Of a stretch of DNA of 64,000 bases, positions 24,519 through 36,870 are shown piece by piece; within the stretch, counting starts at the first letter, position 1; each line of letters starts with the position of its first letter. The position numbers were made by a program, and so were the translations under genes. Below the pieces are notes generated by a model, which ran no database searches, was not told the DNA's origin, and saw only the letters and a list, made by a program, of their open reading frames with translations. The stretch is from Cyanophora paradoxa CCMP329 (Eukaryota; Plantae; Glaucophyta), in assembly GCA_004431415.1 (NCBI GenBank), contig QPMI01000522.1:272042-336041 (forward strand), written 5' to 3'.

Positions 24519-26263
24519 ATGGCGGCGGAGCGCGTTGCAAGTGAGTGCGAGGGCGAGGGCCCGGGCGCACCGGAGTTCTCGCTGCTGCGGCGCCAGGTGA
24601 TGGGCATCGCGAACACCGTGCAGTCCTCCTTCCTCCTTTACGCTCCCGTCGCCGCCGCGGCCGCCTCGCTCTCGTCGCTCGACGAGGACAGCGGCGGCGG
24701 CCCCCTCGTGCACTACTCCGCAATCGTCAAGCAAAGGCACGGGCAGCCCGCCAGCTGCAGCCAAGTTCGCCAACTCGCGCTCGCTCATGCGCACTTGCGC
24801 GCACCGCCGCGGCCGCAGGCAGCACAAGCTAAGGGTGACGGACCCGAACAGCCCCTGGATCGGGCGGCAGCTTATCATCGAGCTCGCCGACTGGGGTGCG
24901 CATGCGCGCGTGCCAGTGCCGGCCGCCACGTGCACGCGCCCCGCTGCCTCAAGCGCCGCTCACGTGCGAGCCGTGCGCTTCGGCGCGCTCGCGATCGCAG
25001 AGACTGGCAAACTCTACGAAGGCCACGCGTGCGCGGCGCGGACGACCTACCCCTTCGTGAACGCGCCGCGCGTGACGACGCCCGTGGACGCCTTCGGCGA
25101 GACGGGCAGCTTCGCGCTCGACTCGTGCCGCTGCTACCGGGACACCACATTCGAGCTGCGCATCCGGGATGCAGCCACAGGCCAGCGGCCCAGGGTGCGC
25201 ACGCGCGCACGCGCTTCCCTCACCCTCGCGATCGCGCGCCCTCCCCGCCCCGCGCGCGAGCTCGAGCTCGAGCGGGCGGGGGGATCGCAGGTTCGCATCA
25301 AGGTGGAGCTGGTGAGGCCCGGCGCAAGCTCCAAAGCCGAGCGGGAGGCGGCCGCGGCCGAGCGCCGCGCGGCCCAGGCCGCGGCCCCGGCCCGGGCGGG
25401 CTCGCGCCCGCCCTCCCCGCCAAGCACGGCGCCGACCAGGCGCCGTGCCCGTGCCCTGCCTCAAGCGCCCCCGCGCGCGCGGCGCCGTACGCCCCGTACC
25501 CACTTTCTCCGCCACCACCGACGAAGACGACGAGGCCGATGAGTGGCCCGTACCCCTCCCGCCCCCCGCCCGTACCCCTCCCGCCCCCCGCCCCACCCCA
25601 TCCCGCCCTCAGCCCGCCGCCCTGCTACGCCCCCTGCCGCCGGCGCCGCCCCTGCCGCCGGCGCTTCCCCTTCCCTCCCCCGCACCCCCCCCGCCCCCCC
25701 TCATCATCTCCCTCAACACCCGCCGAGAGGACAGCGTCCTGGAGGAGGCGGGGTACCTCGATTCGCTGCTCTCCGCGTTCACGCGATCGGCCCCCGCGGA
25801 GAACCGTTCCTCCGTCTCGGAGCTCCTGTCCTCCGCGGAGAAGAAGTTCTGGGACCTCTTCGTCAGCTCCGAGGCTGGGGAGCTCTCCTTCGGAACGTTG
25901 AAGGAGGAGGAGGGGGACGAGGGGGAGGGGGGGGAGGAGAGCGGCCGGGGTACGCTGCTGGCCGCCGTGGCGTCCGGCCTGGCGCCGCGGGGCCGGGGCG
26001 GCCGCCCCCCGCGCCCAGTGCCGGAGGCCGACGTAGAAGCGCTCTTCCTCCAGCTCTCCAACCTCTCCGTCGATCCCGACGCCCCCGCCCCCGTCGCCGT
26101 CAGCCCCGCCTCGCCCCTGGGTCTCGAGCCGGAGCCCCCCGCGCCCTTCGCCGCCCCCGTCCCGCCCCCCGTCCGCTTCTCCCCCCCGCCCTACATCCTC
26201 GACCCGTCCGAAGAGGACGAGTTCATGGTACCCCCCACCCCTTCCAAAAAAGAGTCCGCCTGA
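24519..26263 (+). CDS. Multi-exon host hypothetical protein with Pro-rich C-terminus
   Basis: ATG 24519; globular-looking exons (QHKLRVTDPNSPWIGRQLIIELADW; GSFALDSCRCYRDTTFELRIRD) then acidic/Pro-rich exon to stop at 26263. Confidence 0.45.
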
Positions 26264-26267
26264 CCGT

Positions 26268-29200
26268 ATGGCCGGCCGGCAGCGGCGGGTGACTGCGGCA
26301 GAGGCGGCCGGCGCCGGCGCCGCCCTCACCGTCCTGCTCGGCGACCCCCGGTACCCCCCTGCCCCTCTGCCCCCCCCTTCCTCCCCCCGCCCTACCCCGA
26401 CCCTTACCCCCCCGGAAGGGTCCTGGGCACGCCCCTCTTCCGGACGCCCGCCGGCAGGATACGGACACGGCACCTCCTCGTGGTGCGGCCGCGTACCCCC
26501 CGCCGGGCCTTCCCTCCGCTCAACCCCATGTACCCCCCAGCTCGTACGCGTCTCTGCGCGCTCCGCCGGCCCCGGACGGCCCCGCGCCCTCTTTCCTCCC
26601 CCCTCGGTTCGGCCCGCTTCCGAATCCCGCACCCCATTGCTTCCTCACCCCCACCCCACCCCAGTTCGACGCCATCCTGCAATCTCTCATCTTCAACCTC
26701 CACGCCGGCCCCTCTTCGTACCCCACCCTGTCCGTCCATTCCCCACCTCGAACTCGCGCGCTCGTACCCCCCGGCTCTCATTAACCGTACCCCCAGAGAG
26801 GAAGCGGAGCGCGCTTGCGAGAACGTGTGGAACTTCGTCACCGTCGCCACGTCCGGTGCGCGCCTTCGACGCCGTACCCCCTCCTTCTTCCCCCCCCCTC
26901 CCCCGCCTTGACGCCCCCCGCCCCCCCCCCCCCCCCCACAGACTTCGTTCTCGTGTCGCCCGACTTCCTGCTTGTATCCTTCGACGAGGTTCACTCCCCC
27001 CCCCTCTCCGCGCCAATCTCACTCCCGTACCCCCCTGAACAGGTTCTGGCGCTGCACGAGCGGGCGATGGAGCTCGCTGCGAACGCAGTCGCGAGGTTCG
27101 CGCGCGCGGGGGCGGGGCGCCTCCGCGGGCGGGCAGCGCCTGAGGGAGCGCCGCAGCTTCGGGCCGGAGCCGCGCGCCGAGCTCCTCGCGACGGCCGCAA
27201 AGGTAATTAGGGGCCGACTTTCTACCGCCTCGGGTTCCTCCTTGATCCCTCGCTAAGGGCCTTAAAGCTTGAGCTATCTTAAGGTTCCTCGGGGCCTTAA
27301 AGCATGAGCTAGGCGCTCGTCTAAGAACAGGTTCCCGCCTCCTAACTAAAACTATCTGCCGTCTCGGGTTAACGTTCCTCCTTGATTCCTCGCGGTCGCC
27401 CGCGCCCTCACCTCTCTCTCCCTCTGCCCCCACGCACGCAGGCGCGGGCGGCGTTCAGCCTGCGGCAGCACGGGCACCTCCGACCCTCCCTCGAGCTCCA
27501 GTTCGAGGTGAACGGTCGCCCCAGGCCTCTTCTAGACCTCCTCTCCTTGAAATTCTTGGAGGAACCTTTCGTTAGACGAGCGCCTAGCTCAAGCTTAGAG
27601 ATGGACGCGGTTCATTTATAAGGCTTTAGAATCGAAGTATCTTTTTAAGATTTGTGTAGATCCCCGCCCCCGCGCCTGCCAGGCTGACACCGCCCGCTGC
27701 GCCTCCCTCTGGAATTGTCGAACAGGCCTGGGACGACCTCCTGCGCCTGTGGGTGCGAGCCTCCCGCCCCCCCCCCCCCCCCCTCCCCCCCGCCCCCGCC
27801 CCCCTCCCCTCCTCCCCCCCCACGCCCCCGTGACTCGAGGGTAGGTGTACCCCACCGGCTCGAGTGCGAGGTCCTCCGCGAGCTCTGCGAGCTGCACGGT
27901 GCCGCCGTACCCCCCATCCCCCCCCCCCCCCCCTTCACCCCCTCTTACCCCGGCCGACGGCCTTCGGCGCGCAGTGCAAATCGAGCGGACGGACCTCGCG
28001 CGCCACTTCGCCGAGCGCCTCTACTGGTGCGTGTGGCTAAAGAGTTAAGACTTGGTGTGAGATAGCGGAGAGAGACCGGTGTGAGAGTTAAGACTGGTGC
28101 GTGCCGGCGGAGCGATAGCCCAAGGCGGCTTATAATTAGGCTCGAGCCGGGGCTGGCCCGGCTGTCTCACTTGAAACTTTGGACTCCGAAGTCCGTCTTT
28201 ACTGGCAGGGGGGGGGGGGGAAGGGGGGGGTGAAGGGGATGAAACCTAACCGAATTCGTTACATGTCTGTTTCGATCCCCTACTAGAATCGAACCGAATC
28301 CAATCCGATCCGACGCCCCCCGTCAGGTTCGAGGAGACGGACGACGACATCGAGTTCAAGGTCTCCTGCCTCCAGACCCTCGGTACCCCCCGCTTCTCCC
28401 CCCCCCCCCGCCCCGCCCCGCCCCGCCCTTCCCCACCCGTGTCAACGCGCTGCTGCGCGGTCTCCGCTCTCCGGGACGGCTAGCTAGAGGGGGGGCTAGC
28501 TAGTGCTCCCCACTGCCCTTTCACCTTAAAAAATCTCGACGAGGTCCCGCGCCTCCGGACCCTCGGTACCCCCCCGCCGCTTCGCCCCGCCCCGCCCCGC
28601 CCCGCTCCCCTTCGCCCCGCTACGTTTTGAGTCGCCCCTTCCTCTTTCTTAATTCACCGTCTGCTCTCCTCTGCACTCGCAGCATACATCGAGTGGCACG
28701 AGGGGGCGCCTGGCGCGGGGGCGGAGACCTACCGCCGCGCCGTCGAGACCTGCCGCCGTGCGCCCCCGCCCCGCCCGCGCCGGCCCCGCCCTCCCCGGCA
28801 CGCTCCGTCTAGATGGAATCTTCTGGGAGATCGTTCGCGGCACACCCCCTCCGATCGGGGGGGTCCCGCACCGCACCGCCCCCCCCCCGCTCCGCCCCGC
28901 CGCGGCCCAGATCTAGAGCCCGAGCCCGTCCTGGACTAATTAATTCCTGGGTCCAGAGCTCGTGGAGCGGTCCGGGGGCAACCCCTCCTACGCCCTCCGC
29001 CTCGGCCGTGCCTCCAAGTCCATGAGCCTCTGCGAGCTCGCCGCCGGTTCGAATCCCTCCGGGGCCCCTTCATTGTTTTTTCGTATTCTCAGAGCCCGTT
29101 TTCGAATTCAGGGCTCGTTGCGCGCTGGGGCCGCTCCTTTAGCACAGGAACAAAGGTCCGAGACGCCGCTTCTTCGACCTATTTATAGGCGCTCAGCTGA

Positions 29201-30176
29201 TCATGAGAGGCGGCGCGGCGCTCAGGTGATGGACGCAGTCCTCGAGCTCACGAGCTCCGAGCACGACGACTTCGGCCTCGCCGGTTCGAGAACCGCCCGC
29301 GCCCATTTAATGTATCGAATAATCCTTCGTTCGCAGCGTGCGGCGTGGTGTTCCGGCCGGAGGGCTTCAGGCTCCGCCACGCGATCCGCATCTTGCGCAC
29401 CTGCTCGCTCCACCTCGAGGCGCGCCCGCGCCCGCGCCCGGCCGGCCCCGCCGCCGGATTTCTCACACTTAAGCTTCCTGAAGAAGACCCTAAATAAATG
29501 AGGAACTCGAAATCAGAGCAAGTTGTAAAGCCCTAGCAGCTTCCTTCTTCTGACGCGGCGGGCGCAGTGGGGCCACCAGCGGTACCGTACCCCTCACAAG
29601 GTCGCCTCCGCCACCTACCACATCGGCCTCCTCTGGTAAATACCAATTCCAATTCTAATAAGCTCTAAGTTCTAAGAAGATGAATTTCTATTATGCCGCG
29701 TCGTCTGGCTTTCCTTTTTCTCTAACCTGTCTGCGCGATTCGAAATTCGCAGCGCTCTGGACGGGCAGCTCGAGGAGGCGCTGGAGGCGTTCTCGGCGGC
29801 GATGGCCAAGTACACGTGCACGCCCGAGCTCGCCGCCTGCTTCGGCGACTCGCACCCCCGCATCCGCAACCTCCGCCGCGCCGCCGCCTGGGTCGCCGCC
29901 CGCCTCGGGCGGCCCCTGCCGCCCGAGCTCGCTTTCTCCCCCGGACACAACTCCGGATCCGAATCGGCGCCCCAGTCTCAGTCCCAATTACAAGCGCGGG
30001 CGGGGGCCTCGCGATCGGGGCGGCGGTTGACGCGGCTCGCGTGGCCGCCCTGCCTGGACCCGGCGCTGTGGGCCAGCCGCGGGATCGACTCCGAGCTGCA
30101 GGAGGTCTTCCTGGCCACGTACCCCGCCGACGCGGTCCTCCAGATCGGCGCGTGGCTCGCCAACGGGCCCCTCTAA
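26268..30176 (+). CDS. Multi-exon host hypothetical protein
   Basis: Chain of short exons (ERACENVWNFVTVAT; VQIERTDLARHFAERLYW; LEEALEAFSAAMAKY...FGDSHPRI) with C-rich introns; stop at 30176. Confidence 0.4.
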
Positions 30177-31759
30177 CGCGGCTCTAAATCTAACTATGTA
30201 CACGTGCGGAATGTTTCGTTCTTTAAAGCCCTTTCGCCTAGATCTTTGTCGATATTATCTCCTCGTGCATATGCATGTGCATAAATCACCTGTACGTATA
30301 CTGGGGTGCAAGGGGGGAACCGGGATCTAATGAAAGAGTCAGAATTCCCGAAGCTTAAGTGTTCACGGGCTCCGTCCGGACAATGTAAAATTCCGCCGTT
30401 GCATGATGACGACACCGTGCAGCCTGCGCCACCCGCCACGAAGTCCCGCCCCGGGACGACGTCTCCGGGGCCCGAGTCCGGGCACAGAAGCGGCTGCAGC
30501 TCGCCGTCCCACTGGGCCATCTGATGCGGACTTGCACAGCAGCAGACTCACGCGCGCATGCGCAATTTGGCGAAGCTACTAGCGGGCATAAGGCTGCGGC
30601 GCAATCTGCCGAAGCAAGCACCGCGGCGAGTCCGAGAAGCCGATCGATATCGCGCGAGCAGCGGAGTCAGTGACGGTGAGAGAGAAATTGGTTTTCCCCT
30701 CGAAAACCACTTTTCGCGAGTTCGAGCTCGAGAGAGCTCTCGCGAGCTCGACTTCGACGCTCGAAAGTCGAAGGCTGACCGGTCCACCGAGCCAATCGGA
30801 ACGCGAATAAAGCATTTTTTTCTGGTGTTGCATACTGGACCTCGAAAACGGCCTCGTAGAAAAATTGTGGCTGAAGCGAGGGAACGGGAATTCGAAGCAA
30901 TTCATGCAAGCTGGGAGAAGCCCTTCGGTCTTCTAGATCTTCCCCCCTTGCAACATGCGCCTGCACATACATGTACATGCACATCCTCGTCTTGCAATTG
31001 CACCTGTATACGTACGTATACATGCATATATATATAAATGTGTGTGGGACATGGGGGTACGGAAAATTTGCGGTAGCGCGACGATTACGGCGGCGCAGCG
31101 GGCCAGGTTTCCCACCCGTGGGTTCCTGATAACGCTGCGTGTCAAGCTGCTCGGAAAGTCGCGCGCCAGCTCCACCCGACCCCCGTAGCCAGAACGCGCT
31201 AGATAGACCAGCCGGGCGTGCACGGACAGCCGACACGAGCACATCATCACCAAGCGCGACCGCCGAAGTCGATAGCCCGCCCCCGGAGCGCCAGGCAGCC
31301 CCGCCAACCTCGCCGCGTCATCTTTTTTGAATTCCACGGACCCCCGGACCTCACCTGCGCCCTGCGCGGAGCGCAAAGCACTCGCCCTGCCTCTCCCGAT
31401 AGAAGATAAGAGCTCTTAAGCAACTGAACTGCCGCCCAGTCCCCGCGCATTGCGCCCCGATGCGGACACTCACTCGCTGCCTGTCACACCGCAGACATGA
31501 GCCGATCATCCACGGACGACACACCGGATGTCGCCGCCATGCCCGGCGAACGACGTAGACCGTGCTTGCGCGACGCTCGCCGGCGCCCAGGCCCCGCGGG
31601 CCCACGCCCCCGCCCCCTTTCCCCCGGACTGGGCCCAAAGGGCGCCCACCTGGGCTCCTCCCCCCCGAGGCCGGTACAGAAGCGTGTACGCTCGGACCCC
31701 CTGCCCCCCCGTCCGCAGTCCGAGCCAGACGAGGCCCGCCCGGACCCGGCCTTCAAGCC

Positions 31760-32525
31760 GGCCCCCGCCCTCCCGCCCCAGCGCCCCGCCCTCGCCCTCC
31801 GGCTCCAGCGCCCCGCCCCCGCCCTCCGGCTCCAGCGCCCCGCCCTCGCCCTCCGGCTCCTGCGCCCCGCCCCCGCCCTCCGGCTCCTGCGCCCCGCCCC
31901 CGCCCTCCGGCTCCAGCACCCCGCCCCGCCCTCCGGCTCCAGCGCCCCGCCCCCGCCCTTCGGCTCCAGCGCCCCGCCCCCGCCCCCAGCTCCAGCTCCC
32001 CGCCCTCGCCCTCCGGCTCCAGCGCCCTGCCCCGCCCTCCGGCTCCCGCGCCCCGCCCCCGCCCTCCGGCTCCCGCGCCCCGCCCCCGCCCCCAGCTCCA
32101 GCACCCCGCCCCCGCCCTCCGGCTCCAGCGCCCCGCCCCCGCCCTCCGGCTCCAGCAGACCGCCCCCGCCCTCCAGCTCCCGCGCCCCGCCCCCGCCCTC
32201 CGGCTCCAGCGCCCCGCCCCCGCCCTCCAGCTCCCGCGCCCCGCCCCGCCCTCCGGCTCCATCAGACCGCCCCCGCCCTCCAGCTCTAGCGCCCCGCCCC
32301 CGCCCTCCGGCTCCCGCGCCCCGCCCCCGCCCTCCTGCCCCAGCGCCCCGCCCCGCCCCCAGCTCCAGCGCCCCGCCCCGCCCTCCCGCCCAAGCGCCCC
32401 GCCCCGCCCTAGGCCTCCCGCCCCAGCGCCCCGCCCCCGCCCTCCTGCTCCAGCGCTCCGCCCCTGCCCTCCTGCTCCAGCACCCCGCCCCCGCCCTCCG
32501 GCTCCAGCGCCCCGCCCCGCTCCCA
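31760..32525. repeat. GC-rich minisatellite, ~27-bp unit (GCCCTCCGGCTCCAGCGCCCCGCCCCC)
   Basis: Directly visible tandem degenerate copies; explains the Pro/Ala/Ser-rich ORFs open in several frames. Confidence 0.85.
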
Positions 32526-33449
32526 GCCCGTCACCCTTCCCGCCCGCCCCCCCAGCTTCCCGATTCCAGCGCCTCACTCCCGCCATCCTCCAGCGCTCCG
32601 TGTACCCCACTCCCTGCCCTTCTCCCCCCCCCCTACGCCGTGCCTCGGCGGGCACGCCTGCTGCTCTCCCCCTGCCCCGTGCGCCTCGCCTTCCCCCTCC
32701 CCTCCTTTTCCACAGGACCAAGGACACCAACGCCTCAGGCCCTCCTAAAGCCGCAGATCGATAGCTCCCAGCTAGGATAAGATAGCAGGACGTCTTCCCT
32801 CTATGCCGCAGAGCCTCAGAGCTAGCCTAGGTGCCCCCCCATGTCGACGTTAACGACGGGGCGGCGGTTGTTGTCATTAATATGAACATTGCCCGGTTGG
32901 GCTTTTGCAAAAACAATATATAAATGTGTGTGTACATGTACATGTAAATTAAACGTACAATCGATATCTGCAGCTGATCATGGGAACACGGACGTTGACA
33001 ATTTCAAGATTGCATATGGCCCGGCCCAGTACTAGTGGCATTTCAGACATTGCACGCATGATCTTGCAATATTGTTTTTAATTGATCATGTATAGGTCAA
33101 CGAAATTCTCTCCATTCCCTCCAAATCGACGTGCCTCCCCAAGGCCTCCGGATCCGCATCCATACCCCCCCCCTCCCTCCCCCCCGCTTCCCCACCCGGG
33201 CCCCACCCTCCCCGCACTTCCCCTCAATCATTGTATTCAATATTCGCATTTCCCGCAATAGCCTAGTAGCCACATAGGCCCCCCAATTGCAAGTCCATTA
33301 ATATTCCTGCTTCGCACTGGCAGCTGCAAGGGTCGCTTCAATCAGGCTTGTTGTACAGTCGTCTAAGCTTTTATATATAGTACTAGTTGAGGGAATTCGA
33401 ATTCGAAGGGCGCGCGCCGCGGCGCTCGCGCTCGCCAATTGCAAGAAAC

Positions 33450-35044
33450 TCGTCAGGCGCACGCCTCCAAGAGCTCGCCGCCGGCGCTCACGCCTGCTTC
33501 AAGTTCGAATTCGGTGTCGAGTTCCATCGCCTTGTCCTCGATCTCGAACTCGAATTCTTCATCGGATGCCTGCGCAACAGGTTGGAGACGCGGTCTTGCT
33601 TGCGATCGCGAGTGGCAGCTTACCTCTTGCACGTCGTTGTCGAGAATCCGCTGCGCGCACTGCGTGTGCATTGTTCATCACAAGCCGCTGATCATGATTC
33701 GGCACTAGTACTGCAGCTGAGGGACTATATATACTATGATAAATACGCACAAATTTCATCGGCTCGCCGTTTTTATATCCGCTGTGGCAGTAGTTGCTCT
33801 TGCAGTCCTCGTTTTTGTAGCACTTGTAGCCGTTGTTGCACTTGCTAATATTACTGGAAGCACAGTGCCCGCCGCAGTCCACATCGCTTTCGCAGATTGT
33901 GTTGCCAGGACACCTCGTGCTTTCCTCACCGTCGTGGCTCTTGTTGTAGCAGTGCGCGATGGTCTTCTTCTCGGTCTCCTCCACGAACATATACTGGATT
34001 CCCGAATTGCCGAAATGGGTGTTCAACTGATGTTCATGTACATGCATGTGGTGGCGTGTGAGTATACGTATCGCAGAATTAGTGTCGCAGCGCTAGCGCA
34101 CATCAGATTTGTTTACCTGCGAAACGGGCTGAACAAAAAAAGATTGGGCATAAAAAAAAGTAGAAACTTTCTTACACATATCGGCCCGACAATGTAGTCC
34201 GTTTCTTTGTAATCCTTGAACGCTTTCTCCGCCGCCAAAGCAAAAGATTCCGGGATGCCTGCATGTGTAATATTAAATAATTTTTTTCAGAGTGCAATTT
34301 CCGAGCGTACGAGTGGCCTGGCAATTGCGCATCATGATCACTCACTTGGAAGAATGTTCAACCAAAAGAGCTGCATATTTGCGCCAGGGGTTCCATTCTC
34401 ATACTGCGGCGGTTCGAATTCCATGACGAAAGTGCAGCTAATTTTATGAATGAACTCTCAAGCATGGTCATGCATATGGCCGACGCACGTCTTCGATCGC
34501 CTCTACGTATTTTTTATCTGCGCCGCCTCCAAACTTGATTTTGTAACTGAAATTGAAGAGATCAAGAGGCGCGCGGGCAAGGATGTGAGCCATCAAAGTG
34601 ACTCATAATCAGTGACTTGCCCATCCTTGACGCAAACCGAGTTTACCCAACCGCGGATCCCTCGTGGCAGCTGCGGGTCGGATGAGGTCCGGGAGGACCG
34701 CAGCTGCGTGGTTCTAGATCTAGATCTCTCCCGGGCACGAACCTACCTTGGGTAAGGGATCCTCCATCTTTCCGTTGAATCCCCTTGATCCAAAGTTGGA
34801 ACCGCCGGACCGACCCTGGCACTATTTCGCAGCATCCCGACGCATTTAGACTTTGAGACAGGGCAATTTTGAACTCGACATTTTCGAATTCAGCTGCGCA
34901 CGTTCGTATCTTGGAAGATGCGCAATGCGAATAGCATGTCTGCGTCGCCACTGCCAGTAACACCGTCGGCTTTCGGAGCATAATTGATCTGCGCAGTCCA
35001 GCAACCGTCGGACTAAGTCGCCACGACCCGGCCGCGGTGGCCAT
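33450..35044 (-). CDS. Probable multi-exon host gene with a Cys-rich DVDCGG module
   Basis: HCYNKSHDGEES...ESDVDCGGHC...KCNNGYKCYKNEDCKSNYC in a lower-GC segment; other exon-like pieces upstream. Structure uncertain. Confidence 0.35.
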
Positions 35045-35399
35045 TTATATTGCCAGGCCTAGGTGCATCGGCAACATGTACAGGCCTATATATATATCCT
35101 ATATATAGATAGCTCGGCGTGCAAACCTGATAATGCACTGCGCGCGCGCGCGCTCGCGGTCGGCCGCGTCAGAATAGCAGAGACCGTGCAAACCACCGTG
35201 GCCCAGTGGCACGGTGCACGTGCACGGTTGCAAATGTGGTGCACCTTTTTCCCAGTCCTTGTTCTCGGGCGACGAGGTGCACGTCGGACCAGCTGCAGGT
35301 TTAGAGCTTGATCCGCCCATTTTCAAGCAAGCGCTAGCTTAAGTTGTGCGAGCTTAAGCTTAAGATCTTTGTCGATGTCGAGCTCCGGTCCAGCTGCGC

Positions 35400-35590
35400 G
35401 AGATATATACGTATATATACGTACACGTACTACTATAGCTAGCGCTACGTGTACGTATAAGTATACGTATACGTATACGTATATATTACGTATAGGCGTA
35501 ATAAACCGCCGCGGCCCGGCGGCGGCGCCGGCGCGGCCGGTACGTACGCCACGGTACGCGTACGCGCGTATACCTATATATATATATACG
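35400..35590. repeat. Self-complementary (GTATAC/TA)-type low-complexity tract next to the viral left junction
   Basis: Visible runs such as GTATACGTATACGTATACGTATA and TATATATATATAC. Confidence 0.7.
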
Positions 35591-35944
35591 AGGGCCATCA
35601 ATGGGCCAAACGCGAAAAGTCAACTCCGAGAGCTCGAGACTCGGAAGTGACGCTTGGATTGCGGAGGTTCTTATAACCGCCGCAACAGCTGTGGGGGTAC
35701 CCCCTCCGAGGCTGGCGATCGCGGCGATCACGACCCTGGCGATCGCGATTTTCTCCCGATCGCGACCCTTTTCGATCGCGATTTCGAGATCGGGGACATT
35801 AATGCGATCGCGAGAAAGGAAAAATCGGAAAAGGCCGAAAAGTGCCGTTTTCACGCGTGAAATCGATCGAAAACGAGGGTTCGAATCCCGGGCCCGGATT
35901 TGGACTTGGTCAGAATCTCGAGTCAAAATGGGAGAAAAATGTGA

Positions 35945-36032
35945 CCTGGGACTTGGGACTTGGACTTGGACTTGGGACTTGGGACTTGGACTTGGGACTT
36001 GGAAGAGTTGGAATCAGAGTCTGGACCCAAAA
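35945..36032 (+). repeat. (TGGGACT)n box 1, 8 units (some TGGACT), plus conserved flank
   Basis: CC(TGG[G]ACT)8 TGGAAGAGTTGGAATCAGAGTCTGGACCCA. Confidence 0.9.
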
Positions 36033-36060
36033 GCGGGGAAATTTTCGGACGGGGAGAAAA

Positions 36061-36531
36061 ATGTCAGGCAATCTCTATTACGATTTTCCCTTTGAGTTGA
36101 ATATGGCATTCGAGAGGTTGCGCGAGTTCTGGCGTTGGCACCTCACGGGACATGACATCCCCGACGTAACACCAGAGCCCAACACACAGGGCGTGCTTGA
36201 AGTCATCCGTCAATATCCGCGTCGATTCAATGAATGGATTGAGTTCCACGCGACGAGCCGTTTCCAGAGCCTCCCCGAGGCCATACGCGAAAATTTCGTG
36301 AGGCTGGTGGGACCAGGCTACGACAACCCTAACAATCATAGACCACGCCCAGCTGGCGTGACACGCGAAGCTCGAGAAGACCGTAGACTTTTCCGCAGGG
36401 AATTGAGAGAGGATAGACGGAGGCTTTCAATGGGGCTCCCGCAGATTGTGAGGGGGTACAGCCCGGATTACGAGACTTACCAAGAATTGTACGGCTTCGA
36501 AAATCCCTTTGAGAGGGCACTACCAGGGTGA
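36061..36531 (+). CDS. Viral hypothetical protein (156 aa)
   Basis: Uninterrupted ORF; ATG 36061 preceded by the element-wide upstream motif (AAATTTTCGGA...GAAAAATG). Confidence 0.6.
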   Translation: MSGNLYYDFPFELNMAFERLREFWRWHLTGHDIPDVTPEPNTQGVLEVIRQYPRRFNEWIEFHATSRFQSLPEAIRENFVRLVGPGYDNPNNHRPRPAGVTREAREDRRLFRRELREDRRRLSMGLPQIVRGYSPDYETYQELYGFENPFERALPG

Positions 36532-36870
36532 GGGGCCAGGGGGGCCCCTGAGGGTGTACCCCCCACCCGAGACTCGACCTTCGGCGGACGCACTCGGGCG
36601 ATTTCCGTCAGGCCGGCTCCCTTTTTCTGCCTTCGGTCCAACGCTAAATTTGGCTTTTTTCAGGCCAGTTGGCAACGTTTTCCGTTGCGAACTAGACCGC
36701 GAAAAAAATCGCCCACAAAACCGCGGTCCGCCGCCATTTTGGCTCACTCTTGAAACGGGTTCGCCGCCTTCTCTCAGCCCAAGGAAACCCCGCCTCTCCG
36801 AATTTTCACAAGTCCGCCCTCACAGTCACCTCACGTTTTGCCTTTGCTGATTTCTTTTCCCTTTGCGCAG

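Noticed and set aside
86-31450. Numerous long Arg/Gly/Pro-rich ORFs in the track (e.g. 2966-4543, 2121-3923, 25625-26632)
   Set aside because: Shadow ORFs from very high GC content; the real genes are spliced and cross frames.
31497-32780. Extensin or collagen-like protein gene
   Set aside because: Open in several frames on both strands because the GC minisatellite lacks stop codons; no independent coding evidence.
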